Below the pieces are notes generated by a model. That model ran no database searches and was not told the origin of the DNA. It worked only from the letters and a program-made list of their open reading frames with translations. A stretch of DNA of 64,000 bases, from positions 72,387 to 136,386 of IMG/VR virus record IMGVR_UViG_3300047554_000527. One strand, written 5' to 3'. Below are positions 46,595-57,337 of the stretch, in pieces; the first letter of the stretch is position 1; the number at the start of each line of letters is the position of its first letter. Made by a program: the position numbers and the translations under genes. Origin of the DNA: a virus. Taxonomy: Duplodnaviria; Heunggongvirae; Uroviricota; Caudoviricetes.

Positions 46595-47137
46595 TTAAAT
46601 AGGGCATATTACCAGATGAATCCTAGGATCTAATCCGCCGTTATATACAAAATGATGCTTTGTAGTATCAACTTTGTAGAAATATCCATCTGCGGGCATG
46701 TGAAAACATACTGCGCCTATGTTACCCGCCCGAAACACCTGTGCCATGTATGCATTGGAGTTTGTCTGTAATACTAAATGATATCTAACAGATGTATCTG
46801 CATGTACTGTGAGTCCTGCTTTAGAAGGTAATCTCATCAGTCGAACTCTACCCAATTTAAAGTTTTCAACAACCGCTAGTTCTTGTATCTTATCTAACAA
46901 GTATTTAGGAATAGCAGAATTTATTTCTGTGAATTCGTATTCATTAGCAATGTCTTCGCCAGCTTCTCTATTGTAAAGACTACCAACACAATCTTTCCAA
47001 ATATCACCCTGTACAATTTTTCTGTGTGTGAGTCCTATTTGATTTTCGACTCCCCACGAGGTTAGTGTTAAGATGTGATCGAGATTCCGATTTACTTCAT
47101 TAAGGTCAGCAGTTAAATTAACTTTTTCGATAAACAT
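46595..47137 (-). CDS. 2OG-Fe(II) oxygenase (Asp/Asn beta-hydroxylase-like)
   Basis: GRVRLM, HAD...RYHL, H..YNGG..RIHL. Confidence 0.75.
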   Translation of the reverse strand: MFIEKVNLTADLNEVNRNLDHILTLTSWGVENQIGLTHRKIVQGDIWKDCVGSLYNREAGEDIANEYEFTEINSAIPKYLLDKIQELAVVENFKLGRVRLMRLPSKAGLTVHADTSVRYHLVLQTNSNAYMAQVFRAGNIGAVCFHMPADGYFYKVDTTKHHFVYNGGLDPRIHLVICPI

Positions 47138-47140
47138 AAA

Positions 47141-47683
47141 TTATTTAATTCCTATTACCATGTAGCGTTTAAAACTCCAGTCAGGATACACAAATTCCTT
47201 TTCTCCCTTAAACATAATCTTAGATAATGGATATTCTTCAACAAAATCATCTAGTGTTTCGCTGTGTGTAATATGATCTTTGTGAGGCATGTTATTACCC
47301 TGAAGGACAACACTAGTTCCTTGAGGTAAAGACTCAAACCATTGCTTACTTTCAAAATGTTCAGTACTGGTGTTGATCACAAGATCGCCGTACTGTCCTT
47401 CAAAGTTATTACAGTCTTGAGTAAATGCCTTGAACTTCCAATCTTGCCAAACCCAGTTTTCGTTTATCATGTCTGCAATAGATTGACAGGCAGGATCAAT
47501 ATCTAAACTACGAATTTTATTAACTTGAAACTTACCTCTGCTTAATAATAGAAATGCAGTTAGCCCGTACCAGCCTCCATAGATATATGTTAGATTAGAT
47601 GTTAATCCCAAACGTTCTAATTCTTCACAAAGCCAAATCTTACTACCTATTTGTCCGCTGCTGAAAGCATCTTTATCAATCAT
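47141..47683 (-). CDS. SAM-dependent methyltransferase-like protein
   Basis: YIYGGWYG, SLDID, VINTSTEH. Confidence 0.55.
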   Translation of the reverse strand: MIDKDAFSSGQIGSKIWLCEELERLGLTSNLTYIYGGWYGLTAFLLLSRGKFQVNKIRSLDIDPACQSIADMINENWVWQDWKFKAFTQDCNNFEGQYGDLVINTSTEHFESKQWFESLPQGTSVVLQGNNMPHKDHITHSETLDDFVEEYPLSKIMFKGEKEFVYPDWSFKRYMVIGIK

Positions 47684-49037
47684 TTAAAAACTTTCCTTTA
47701 GGGTTGTGACCTATAACTCGCGTGTTAGGGTGTAGAAACGATATAAACTTATCATATCTAGACTGACTGCCTTTTAACCCGTATAGACCAATTAAGAAGT
47801 CAGTAGAAAATATATTAGAAATATGTAACAAACATTTACTATCGGCTATTTCGTTTAGCAGATTAAAATAATCTTGTACTAGGTCTGTTCTTATAAATTT
47901 AACAGGCGTGGATCTAAACTGGTTTAAGTAATGATTAAAGTTACCTTGATAGTATTCAACAGTTTTCTTGAACCCTTCTAAGAAACCTGCGGCCAACACT
48001 CCGTTTGTGATAATAGGAGGGTTGTCTTGTCCAAACCATTTTAAATTATTAGCATGTTCAAATGTTTCTACTAGTTCTTTAATATCGTACGATTTCGATG
48101 TATAGATATGCTTGATCCAATCTAGGCTAATTTGATTGTAGTCATAGATCAATATCTCGCCGTTACTGGTAAGAGCATTTGATTGGAATACATCTAGATA
48201 TTTGAAGCCACTAGCAGGTAGTGCAACAATCTCATATTGCCGGCCTCGATTATGAACGTGCATGTGTTCGCTATTAATTGCCCACACTTGGTGACCAACT
48301 CCTGTAATCATTTCGTTAATTAATCGCAACTGATTAAAGTTATTAACACCCGGCATAATCTTTCTATTCTTATAGGAATGATAAAAGGCAAAGCTACTGG
48401 TCTCTGGATAATAATATGTACGCTTACTTCTAATCTTCTGATTCCAATTGATTATCTCTAGGCCTGCCTTTAATGCTTTGTCTATAAAGTTCCAACCTTG
48501 TTTGCAATGAAACTGAGGCCTGCGGTTTCCAGTGTCTTTGATCCACAGAGGAGTATAGTCGTCGTGAAAGTTCTCTGCGCTACGTTCAACAACTACTATA
48601 TCATCAACAGCCGGTGCCCAACTACCGTACTTGGGCTTGTCTATATTTTTCCAATTATCAGTATTGACTAGGACAAACTGATGGTGTAACTCGTACCACT
48701 TCTCTTTCCATTCTAATATATGCGCCGCCGCAAGATAGTTGGGTGTCCTTTTAATTTCATCTACTATGTCTAACAATATTGATGAGTCGTATATCCTAAC
48801 ACCTGCTGCCATAAACAAAATATGCTTGTATTGGTCAGCATATTGTTCTAGGCCTTGATCAATACTAGGTGCATAAACAATATCGAGATTAAAACTAACT
48901 TCTTCTAACCTATGTGCATAAAATGTAGTATAGTCAGTCATTAACTCTTCTAACTGACGATGTCTCAACATGTCAGAAGGAAAGATACAGATTGCAATAT
49001 TAATATCATTAACAAAGGTACGTTCTACTACAATCAT
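47676..49037 (-). CDS. Hypothetical enzyme (possible GT-like N-domain)
   Basis: 453 aa; YELHHQFVL..., DDYTPLW motifs. Confidence 0.5.
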   Translation of the reverse strand: MIVVERTFVNDINIAICIFPSDMLRHRQLEELMTDYTTFYAHRLEEVSFNLDIVYAPSIDQGLEQYADQYKHILFMAAGVRIYDSSILLDIVDEIKRTPNYLAAAHILEWKEKWYELHHQFVLVNTDNWKNIDKPKYGSWAPAVDDIVVVERSAENFHDDYTPLWIKDTGNRRPQFHCKQGWNFIDKALKAGLEIINWNQKIRSKRTYYYPETSSFAFYHSYKNRKIMPGVNNFNQLRLINEMITGVGHQVWAINSEHMHVHNRGRQYEIVALPASGFKYLDVFQSNALTSNGEILIYDYNQISLDWIKHIYTSKSYDIKELVETFEHANNLKWFGQDNPPIITNGVLAAGFLEGFKKTVEYYQGNFNHYLNQFRSTPVKFIRTDLVQDYFNLLNEIADSKCLLHISNIFSTDFLIGLYGLKGSQSRYDKFISFLHPNTRVIGHNPKGKFLND

Positions 49038-49720
49038 AATTGTTTCAGTGAATCTGTTATTAATTTATACATCATAGCAGTTGGCTGGCCGTGAATGATA
49101 ATATGATGTCTATATTCATTAGATTCATTTACAACAACATGCTCTTTGCCAATATCTAGCATAAACCCTCTTCCAACTTTAAAAGGTACAGTTCCATAGT
49201 CTTTAAAAATAAATCGGCAACCTTTAGGTTGTGTCAGTGCAAAGTTTAAAGGACCAAATATCCTTCCAGGACCATCTACATGCGGCATTATATAACCACC
49301 AGGTGCAAGTTGCATTATCCTAACACGACCAAACTTACTGTATGGTAGTCCTTTAATCAAATTAACTATATACGGGCAGTACTCACACACTTCAGTCCAT
49401 CTATATGCAGAATCGTCTGTGTGCCCGTATCTATCGTAATGTTCAGTCTTATCGTAATCTAGTCCGTGTAATGTCAGGCCAGCCCAACCTTCGTGTCCAT
49501 AGCTGTTAATCTTATCCTTATCTCTATGTGGTACAAAATAGTATTGCAGTTTGTCCAATTCTTGTTTAACAGTTTCTACATCAAGGTTGCAGAACACAGG
49601 TGCCCAAGGCCAATCGCTGGTCCAGAGGTTACTAGGCAATGTTCCCGGAGTCCATGTTTTCTGCTCGTTTGATTCTATAAAACTGTTTAAAAGATTATTC
49701 ATATATTTTAATAGACTCAA
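49034..49720 (-). CDS. 2OG-Fe(II) oxygenase (Asp/Asn beta-hydroxylase-like)
   Basis: GRVRIMQLAPGGYIMPHVD, EHVVVN..RHHIIIH. Confidence 0.82.
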   Translation of the reverse strand: MSLLKYMNNLLNSFIESNEQKTWTPGTLPSNLWTSDWPWAPVFCNLDVETVKQELDKLQYYFVPHRDKDKINSYGHEGWAGLTLHGLDYDKTEHYDRYGHTDDSAYRWTEVCEYCPYIVNLIKGLPYSKFGRVRIMQLAPGGYIMPHVDGPGRIFGPLNFALTQPKGCRFIFKDYGTVPFKVGRGFMLDIGKEHVVVNESNEYRHHIIIHGQPTAMMYKLITDSLKQL

Positions 49721-50630
49721 TAGATCTAAAGGTTGTTAGTACTTCGTGATTCCATTTCAGCTTCGATGGGTGTCTATAAGCCTTCCAATGCAATGGGTTA
49801 GGATCGTATTTTAAAAAATTACCGTCAATGATTAACTCACCTATAACCATTCTACCTAGAGACATTTCATTTAGATTATGATAAGGTATTTTCTTTTGTA
49901 ATTCGGGTGGCAGCTTTTTAACCCAGTTTTGAAAGAATGATATAGTTTGTACAGGTAAATGATCTGCATTAAAATTTAACCATGTTTCTGCTGCAAATCT
50001 CTTTTGAGGTTTAACCATGTCTCTTGCCACAACTTCAACGTCATCATCCTTAGCAACCGCAAACCAATCCTTGCCTAGGGTATTATAACCTAAATAAAGT
50101 TTCCCCCAAGACAGACCGTATTCTAAATATAGCTTGTCTTCGTCTTTAACTGGAAGGTGCAGACCGATAGGATGTATATCGTACAGGACCCCAAATCCTC
50201 CCCATGTGCCAGATTTAGTAATCATCGCATCTTCGCACATATGAATATGTTCATTTAATGCAAAAAAGTTTGTTTTTAACGTTTCTGTTAGCCTGCCTTT
50301 AAACGCCAGCTCATCCATTCTCTGACCAAATATCTCAAACTCTTCGTGCAGATAGTTTAGTTTCTGATTGTCTAACTCGTCGAACGTACTAATTTCCTTA
50401 TCGTACTCAACTGCAATTCTTGCAACAATATCTTTAATCTGTTGTGTGATTTCAGGAACGTCTAGCTCTGACCTATTGTTAAACACACTAGATATTTTAT
50501 GATCGGGGTTCTTTAAATTGGTGTTAGTAAGATCTACCCACTTATCACTCAAATGCGTAGGGTATATATTATATTTTAAAGAGTGTATCTTATCAAACTT
50601 ATCTTTAATTTTAACTTCTAATATCTTCAT
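49695..50630 (-). CDS. Hypothetical protein
   Basis: 311 aa; LNYLHEEFE, LNEHIH motifs. Confidence 0.55.
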   Translation of the reverse strand: MKILEVKIKDKFDKIHSLKYNIYPTHLSDKWVDLTNTNLKNPDHKISSVFNNRSELDVPEITQQIKDIVARIAVEYDKEISTFDELDNQKLNYLHEEFEIFGQRMDELAFKGRLTETLKTNFFALNEHIHMCEDAMITKSGTWGGFGVLYDIHPIGLHLPVKDEDKLYLEYGLSWGKLYLGYNTLGKDWFAVAKDDDVEVVARDMVKPQKRFAAETWLNFNADHLPVQTISFFQNWVKKLPPELQKKIPYHNLNEMSLGRMVIGELIIDGNFLKYDPNPLHWKAYRHPSKLKWNHEVLTTFRSIESIKIYE

Positions 50631-51865
50631 AGTAGGTCTGTAAAAAACTTGCTGTTAGTATGTCTCAGTTGGTCTAACTTAACTATATATTCTTTAGTTT
50701 GGTCTAGCAAATGACTCCAGTCTTCGCTGTTCATAAAGTCTGCCATTTTCTTTAAACGTTGAATACTAGGGTTATCTGTATTAGCTGCCGCATAGTTATA
50801 GATTTTTTCAGTAATCTTGGCCTTAGTTTGTTTAGGTAGTGCCTTGGCGCAAAGATATTGTGGATAGTGTAGAATGCCTGTATGAAATATGCCGTCGAGT
50901 CTAGGCTTACTGATCTTCTTATAGTTCTGACGCAACAACCAATCGGCAAACTCAGGAAGGTAATAGATATTTAGAGCCTGAACGGTGCAGAGTATCTTAA
51001 TGTCTATGTTTGCAGGTGTTTGATCATAAAGGTGCAGGTTCCGTTCAATTGTATCCCAGTCTGCTGGATAACGAATGTAATCGTTTATTTCCTTACCGCC
51101 ATCAATGCTGATCATAACATCTACATACTTAAATTTAGTCCAAAGATCTACAACTTCCTTATCATAGATTGTGCCGTTAGTGTGGTATCGTAGTTCAATA
51201 TGTTTAGCCGCGTTTAGATCGACTAGCTTCTTTAATATGTCTTTGTGTTCTTTGATGTACAAAGGCTCACCGCCACCAAATATAATATGACGTAGGTCTT
51301 TGGCAGATTCATAAAAGTCTTTTAAGAACTCTGCATCTTTATACCATTCGAAGTTATTTGTAGAATAGCTTTCTACCTTATGCTTCCAGTCCCAACGTGC
51401 ATCTGTCTTTAGTTCTTGTTTTAGAATTGTAGCATGTTTAACCCATTTACTAGAATCAATAGGCCTGCACATTACACATTGTAGATTACAGGTATTGCCT
51501 AATCGTAGATCAAGCGTGATCCAATCTACATCTAGTGAGCCATCTGGGTTAGTTTTACTAACTAACTCTTTGATATAGTCTTCACCTAGTTTGTTTTTCC
51601 AAATGTGATTTTCTATTTGTCTATGACTGTAGATACCTACAGCTTCTTCCTTATAGCAGGACGAACAATGCTTTACCTGTCGTCCTGCTAGCATGTCTAG
51701 TCTTGCAGATTTAAAATGATCGCTATTCCATACTTCTTTTAAAGACATATTGTTTAGATTAAGACCCTTTTCGCTGTTAGAAATGCAACAGAGTAATGCA
51801 CTACCATCGGTATAGGTAGCCATGTGTGTCCAGGGCAATATGCAGAATGTTTTTGAATTACTCAT
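50627..51865 (-). CDS. Radical SAM protein with N-terminal twitch/SPASM-like domain
   Basis: FCILPW...LCC...CSSCY; CNLQCVMC; FGGGEPL; HTNGT. Confidence 0.9.
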   Translation of the reverse strand: MSNSKTFCILPWTHMATYTDGSALLCCISNSEKGLNLNNMSLKEVWNSDHFKSARLDMLAGRQVKHCSSCYKEEAVGIYSHRQIENHIWKNKLGEDYIKELVSKTNPDGSLDVDWITLDLRLGNTCNLQCVMCRPIDSSKWVKHATILKQELKTDARWDWKHKVESYSTNNFEWYKDAEFLKDFYESAKDLRHIIFGGGEPLYIKEHKDILKKLVDLNAAKHIELRYHTNGTIYDKEVVDLWTKFKYVDVMISIDGGKEINDYIRYPADWDTIERNLHLYDQTPANIDIKILCTVQALNIYYLPEFADWLLRQNYKKISKPRLDGIFHTGILHYPQYLCAKALPKQTKAKITEKIYNYAAANTDNPSIQRLKKMADFMNSEDWSHLLDQTKEYIVKLDQLRHTNSKFFTDLL

Positions 51866-53174
51866 TGATTAGGTCCGCAAGTTCAGTGCTGATTGATCTT
51901 AGACTTTGATCGCGCTCAACATCAAGACTATGAGTATAGTCTTTAAATCTACGCATTTGATCTTCCCAATCCGTAGCACGAGGTTTTTGTAGTAGGCCTA
52001 TAATGCCATTTACGCTATTAACAGTTAGTTCAGGAGTTTGGCCGGTAAAGTTTGCATCTCTATAGGCAATTAACTCGTTGGCAACTCTTGTTCTAATATC
52101 ATCGGGCAGTATAGACACAGAAAGGTGTGCAGGATGAACATTGATAAGAAAATCAACAAATATGCTTTTCTTATATTTCTTGTTTAGGTCATCTACCCAT
52201 TTAAGAGTATCGACTAGGTTAAACACATTATAAGTCTGTACTGTAGGAGTTACTCCTAAATGCACATTAGGCATTTGTGCAAGTGTTTCTACGTTTGCAC
52301 TAATCTGCGCCCAATGGCTCGGACTACGGACGTAGTCATTAACTTCTCCGACTCCGTCTATACTGGCATTGATATTAACTCTTCCAAATTGTCCAATAAG
52401 GTTTGTAAATTTCTTATTAACGTTAGTACAGTTAGTATTAAAGAATAAAGTTATGTCGCGACGACCTCGGCGAATACACTCTTCCATAAACTTAAAATTA
52501 TTTTGGATAAGTGTAGGTTCGCCGCCAGTCATATATACTTTCTTTAGACTAGGGATTAGATCAATAATCTGATCCCAAAGTACATCTCCGTCGAACCAAG
52601 GTTGCAGGTCCATGATCCTTTGATCAAATCTACCAAAACTTTTAGCCCATACAAGTTTATATTTTTCGTCTTTCTTTTCTAATTCAATATGCTCTTTCGC
52701 AATCTGACTGCTGTTAAAAGGGTTGCACATTCTACACTTAAGGTTACAGAGATTGCCTAGACGCAGATCTAAATAGGCAATACTGTAGTCTAACTCTCCT
52801 CCTGTAAGAACAGCCCGGTCAATAAGTTTGTACATTGTCTGTTCGCCTAGTCTCCCACTCCACTCAGTATTAGAGTACTGTCTATTACTGATTCTTCCAC
52901 TGCTCTCTTGTAAGTAACAGACTTTACAACCGTCTAATGCTTCTCCATTAACCATAGCAGTCCTAATGTTTTTCATTTCGGCTGAATTCCAAGCATCTTC
53001 TAGTTTGTCTTTGATTGTTATCCTGTTGCCTTCTTTGTCTAGAATTCTGTGGGTGCCTCGCTTCATCATACAACAAGGTTGAATAGTTGCATCCGTATTA
53101 ACTACCATACTAACAAAAGGTATGGCACAGAATGTAGGCATCACATCATCGATATCTTTAGTAAATTTGTTCAT
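51858..53174 (-). CDS. Radical SAM protein with N-terminal twitch/SPASM-like domain
   Basis: FCAIPF...PCC...CKVCY; CNLKCRMC; TGGEPT; NTNCT. Confidence 0.9.
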   Translation of the reverse strand: MNKFTKDIDDVMPTFCAIPFVSMVVNTDATIQPCCMMKRGTHRILDKEGNRITIKDKLEDAWNSAEMKNIRTAMVNGEALDGCKVCYLQESSGRISNRQYSNTEWSGRLGEQTMYKLIDRAVLTGGELDYSIAYLDLRLGNLCNLKCRMCNPFNSSQIAKEHIELEKKDEKYKLVWAKSFGRFDQRIMDLQPWFDGDVLWDQIIDLIPSLKKVYMTGGEPTLIQNNFKFMEECIRRGRRDITLFFNTNCTNVNKKFTNLIGQFGRVNINASIDGVGEVNDYVRSPSHWAQISANVETLAQMPNVHLGVTPTVQTYNVFNLVDTLKWVDDLNKKYKKSIFVDFLINVHPAHLSVSILPDDIRTRVANELIAYRDANFTGQTPELTVNSVNGIIGLLQKPRATDWEDQMRRFKDYTHSLDVERDQSLRSISTELADLINE

Positions 53175-54348
53175 TAAATTTTTCTCTTAACCACTCTCTG
53201 CTGTTTATATTTTGTAGTGCAGATGCGTTTGTTTTATTTGCTAGACCGTATTCAACTCCTGCAAGTGCTCCTGCAATAGCATACTTGCCATAGAGTCTAT
53301 CTTGTCCTAGTGTAGTCCAAGCGGTGATTCTATCTTGATTCTCATCTTCTATTTGATTCTTGATAGTACCTGCTGCCAATTTAGCGCATTCTCTAAATGC
53401 ACTGCGCCATGTACTAAACTCGTCTGTGTTGAAGGAAGTAATGTTGCTGACTGTGTTCATTACTTTGAGATTGCCTAGTCCTGTGGTAAGATCAACATTC
53501 CAGGAAGTTACCCGATCTAACAGATGCTTAGGAAATAATTTGACTCCGCCATATCCGTATTCTAAATCATTGATAGGATTACGACTGCGCCATACATGCA
53601 CACAATCTCTATTAAAGATACTAGGTTGATAATTAAACGTCCATGTATCTAATAACTCTGCATCGCCATCAACTACCCAAAACATATCTGTCTGTGCTAG
53701 TTCGGCGGCAGCTTTGTGCGCTTCAAATATTCCCTTTACTCCATGAACTCTTTGAGCAAAGGGAACACGATCTAACACTCGTTGCCAGTTAGCATCTGCA
53801 TTAGATTCGTCGTAACTAATGAATATTACATCGAGCTCGCTGAGAATGTTAGGGCTAACAAATCCCATATCCTTAATACCTTGTGTATCGGCACAAGCTC
53901 GCGCCTTCTTAACCCAAATCTTATCGCCTTTGAAGTGAGTAGGATCTAGATACCATACGTGCTCTAGTCGATAGTCTTCCGGCTGTATATCCACTGTTAT
54001 CTTATTGAACAAGTGCTGCGGTAAGTCTTGGTTGTATTCTTCAATAACATCAAACTCTTTAATCTTTGAGATCTTAAAGTCGCACTCAATAACAGTCCAA
54101 CCATTAGCAGGGGACCAACTACTTTTAAACTTTTTAGCGATCCACTTGTCACCTTTGACCCACATCAGACAACGATCACTAGATTGACTAGTGTCAATGT
54201 AGTCGAGTATCCATTCATCGTATATAGGGTTAAGGATAATAAATTCGCCGCGGCCTTGCCCTAACTGATGCAGGCGCTGATCATAGCTATTAGGATCAGT
54301 ATCCCAACGAACAGATAACACACGGTCTTTTTCAATTAAAGATCCCAT
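53158..54348 (-). CDS. Glycosyltransferase-like protein (GT-A, C-terminal domain)
   Basis: FISYDE.NA..NW, RVHGVKG..AHKAAA, VVDGD. Confidence 0.65.
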   Translation of the reverse strand: MGSLIEKDRVLSVRWDTDPNSYDQRLHQLGQGRGEFIILNPIYDEWILDYIDTSQSSDRCLMWVKGDKWIAKKFKSSWSPANGWTVIECDFKISKIKEFDVIEEYNQDLPQHLFNKITVDIQPEDYRLEHVWYLDPTHFKGDKIWVKKARACADTQGIKDMGFVSPNILSELDVIFISYDESNADANWQRVLDRVPFAQRVHGVKGIFEAHKAAAELAQTDMFWVVDGDAELLDTWTFNYQPSIFNRDCVHVWRSRNPINDLEYGYGGVKLFPKHLLDRVTSWNVDLTTGLGNLKVMNTVSNITSFNTDEFSTWRSAFRECAKLAAGTIKNQIEDENQDRITAWTTLGQDRLYGKYAIAGALAGVEYGLANKTNASALQNINSREWLREKFNEQIY

Positions 54349-55262
54349 GTTACTTCCTTTTCAGTTAAAGCATTATGTGTCCTAGGAGGATTGACCCATA
54401 CTTCTCTAAAGAACTTACTTTGATCTGGATCTAAATCAGCAATGGGTAAATTGAGTTCTCTACGTAGGGCATCTCCATATCTTCTTGCAGTATAGATAGG
54501 ATCAAGGTCTTTATGTTCGGTGAATAGACTGTTGAGATACTCAAAGTCTCTAACCTGCACATAATCCCAGTTAGTACAGTTAGTCATATAAGCGCCAACT
54601 CTTGCACCGTAGATAGCCCATGCTCCGTTAGCGACATCGGCTCCTACACTGGCCCACATTAACAGTCTGCGATAATTACGATCACCTAACTGTTTCCTTG
54701 GATTTACAATATCCTGTTTAGATCCTCGATTGAGTGTCATCTTTACACCTTCACGAAACCCTGCACGCCATGCTTGCAATGGGCTAGCATTGTTATGTAC
54801 ATCTGAATAACAGTCTGCCATTTGTACATAGTTGTCCTGCCAACAGAAATCAACTTGCGACCCGCCCGAGCCTGCGGCCTCATGTGTGTTCATATTCAAT
54901 ACAAAATCTCTGGTCCAACATTTTAATCCGCCATTGCCATAGACTAACCCGTTAATGATATTCTTTCCGGCCCAAGACATCTGTGTGTGTTCTTTCTTGG
55001 GTAATTTGTCTGTATCAAATGACAAGTTAAAAAAACTAGGATCAACGATATTATCTGCATCAACAGTTATAAAGTGTTCAGTCTCGCTGAGACGAGCACA
55101 GGCTTTGTGTGCTGCATCGCTGCCTTCTACTCCATGTACTCTTTTAGCCCAAGGTGCTTTGTTAAGTAGGTCGGCCCAATTCTTTTCGGCATTAGGCTCG
55201 TCATAACTTAAAAATATGCAGTCTATTTCAGCTAGGTTTAACTTCATGTTTATATGAATCAA
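54336..55262 (-). CDS. Glycosyltransferase-like protein (paralog of the previous gene)
   Basis: FLSYDEPNAEKNW, RVHGVEG..AHKACA, TVDAD. Confidence 0.65.
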   Translation of the reverse strand: MIHINMKLNLAEIDCIFLSYDEPNAEKNWADLLNKAPWAKRVHGVEGSDAAHKACARLSETEHFITVDADNIVDPSFFNLSFDTDKLPKKEHTQMSWAGKNIINGLVYGNGGLKCWTRDFVLNMNTHEAAGSGGSQVDFCWQDNYVQMADCYSDVHNNASPLQAWRAGFREGVKMTLNRGSKQDIVNPRKQLGDRNYRRLLMWASVGADVANGAWAIYGARVGAYMTNCTNWDYVQVRDFEYLNSLFTEHKDLDPIYTARRYGDALRRELNLPIADLDPDQSKFFREVWVNPPRTHNALTEKEVTWDL

Positions 55263-55767
55263 ATAATTTGGTTGTATAGAAAGTTAGATCATCGGTGCCT
55301 GTATAATCAATATCAATTGAACCTCTTACCAAATCTGTAGGATCTAGATCACAATGCCAAATAGGTAGATAAGGATTATTCTTTTTGCAAGCAACAATGT
55401 TTAACTTTTTATGTGAATACTGGCTATCTGACTTCCACCATTCTAATGAGGATTTTATTATTGTTACTTGTACTGTTTTTGTTGCTACATCTTGAATTAC
55501 AGTTACTTCTGCTTTCTCTAAATTATTATCAAATTTAATAACTCTAGATTTTATTGACTGTGCAACAATCGCAGATTGTGTTCTTTGCTTAATGTAACAA
55601 CCGTCCGGTCTAACTATCGCATAATATCTAACAACCTTTTCTTTTCCTAAAAAGATCTGTTCAGCAATAGGAGAGTCAGTTTCAAAATAGCTGCCATCTC
55701 TTCCAGGAACGGGTTTATGAGACAGACCTAGAATATTTCCGCTGTTAGGATCATAATAGACAATCAT
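55228..55767 (-). CDS. Hypothetical protein
   Basis: 179-aa ORF with overlaps. Confidence 0.55.
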   Translation of the reverse strand: MIVYYDPNSGNILGLSHKPVPGRDGSYFETDSPIAEQIFLGKEKVVRYYAIVRPDGCYIKQRTQSAIVAQSIKSRVIKFDNNLEKAEVTVIQDVATKTVQVTIIKSSLEWWKSDSQYSHKKLNIVACKKNNPYLPIWHCDLDPTDLVRGSIDIDYTGTDDLTFYTTKLFDSYKHEVKPS

Positions 55768-56537
55768 ACAAAGTCCTTTTTTACATAATGTAAGATTCCT
55801 GTTTGAACGTAAGGTCCTAATCTAATCAAATCATCTTTATGGATTGCTATCAAATCTTCCCATTGCTCTGTTTTATTTTTCCATCCCTGTATCTGTGCTT
55901 TCATATGTGTAAATGTAGGGAAACTTTCTTTAGTAGTAACTTGATCTTCAATGCCCATTATTTCAACTGCCATTGCCATTGCAAGATCAATTGACTGAGA
56001 TTTTTGTATGTAGTCCGGAGTATAGATGTGTATCCATCTGTCCCAATTCATCACAATCTGTTTGAGTAGTTGAAAGAACTCTGCAACCATAGGAGTCTTT
56101 TTAAAGTATGTATATGCAGAATATACATTGGGCAAATTATGTGCAGTAAATGCACGTCTATATGGATTTACAGGTCCAACCCATTCACCTCTATAGGTCT
56201 GCACCTTGTTAGTTAATAGCAGTTCGTAGTTCTGCATATATTTCCACCAGTGACTAACATCCGATAAGAACAACATGTCGCTGTCTAAGATAACTGTTTC
56301 GTCATAGGGTGTAAGATTATAAAACTGCACTCGGTTTTCAATCTTCCACTTTGAATCAGGTTTTAAATCTACAGGTAAGTCGATAACACAATCGAACAGT
56401 GTAGCATCGACTTCTTGATCTGTGATAACACTTAATCTGCTAACACAAGACTGAGTTTTGCTAATACTGATTGCAAGATGTTCTGCCTGGCGTGCATATT
56501 CTGCACCTTGTGCCATTACTAGGTATCCCTGTGTCAT
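55764..56537 (-). CDS. GT8/mannosyltransferase-like glycosyltransferase
   Basis: TPYDETVILDSDML (DxD); NVYSAYTYFKK; HMK. Confidence 0.7.
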   Translation of the reverse strand: MTQGYLVMAQGAEYARQAEHLAISISKTQSCVSRLSVITDQEVDATLFDCVIDLPVDLKPDSKWKIENRVQFYNLTPYDETVILDSDMLFLSDVSHWWKYMQNYELLLTNKVQTYRGEWVGPVNPYRRAFTAHNLPNVYSAYTYFKKTPMVAEFFQLLKQIVMNWDRWIHIYTPDYIQKSQSIDLAMAMAVEIMGIEDQVTTKESFPTFTHMKAQIQGWKNKTEQWEDLIAIHKDDLIRLGPYVQTGILHYVKKDFV

Positions 56538-57337
56538 GCCAACTCCTTGTTGATCTGTTCTAATAAATCAAACTTATTAAACACATGAACATCTTGCTTG
56601 ACTTTACAAAGCCCGTTAGGTGTTAAAAACTTTACACCAGACTCAGTCATGTCAATTACCCTATCTTCAAAGTTACTGTGTAACAGATTAAAAGGAATAG
56701 TAGATGCAGGATGATTAAGAGTGTGTAGAGCAATGCTCCAAACAAAATCGTTGCGAACAGGGCCAGTAGGTAATTCATAAACATGAGATAACCAATTGTA
56801 ATGCTGTTTAACCCAACGGCAAGTTTGAAAGAATTGTTTAACAGTCTCAGTCTTTTTAAAATAAAATACAGTAGCCCAATAGAACTTAATACTACGTTCG
56901 CTAACCCATTTAAACTCAAAGTCACTGTTGCCTTGAAGATCAGTGCTAGTATCGCATACAATTAGATCTTCAGCCGACCCCCACAGTTTAGACAATGTAG
57001 AAGTTTGGATTACAATGTCAGTGTCCATTACAATAGTTTCATCATAGGGGCTTAGGTCCCATGCATCAATTCTATCTAAGTTATGAAATGTCAGTTGATT
57101 ATCAGGACTTCCGTATCGCTTAGTCTGTGTTGCTAGACTATCTTGTAGTATTATTTTATCAAAACGATCTTTCCATCTAGGGTTGGTGGCCTGCATCTGG
57201 TCACAGGTCTCTTGATCCGTGACTAAACTAGTACCTGCACCTAAATGATCGGATATCCTGGCCGCTAACCAAAAGGCCATTAGACCATAATTAACCTTTT
57301 CGTTATTGTGTGCAAATAACAGAACTCCGCGATTCAT
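56534..57337 (-). CDS. GT8/mannosyltransferase-like glycosyltransferase
   Basis: SPYDETIVMDTD; WATVFYFKKT; RNDF. Confidence 0.7.
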   Translation of the reverse strand: MNRGVLLFAHNNEKVNYGLMAFWLAARISDHLGAGTSLVTDQETCDQMQATNPRWKDRFDKIILQDSLATQTKRYGSPDNQLTFHNLDRIDAWDLSPYDETIVMDTDIVIQTSTLSKLWGSAEDLIVCDTSTDLQGNSDFEFKWVSERSIKFYWATVFYFKKTETVKQFFQTCRWVKQHYNWLSHVYELPTGPVRNDFVWSIALHTLNHPASTIPFNLLHSNFEDRVIDMTESGVKFLTPNGLCKVKQDVHVFNKFDLLEQINKELA

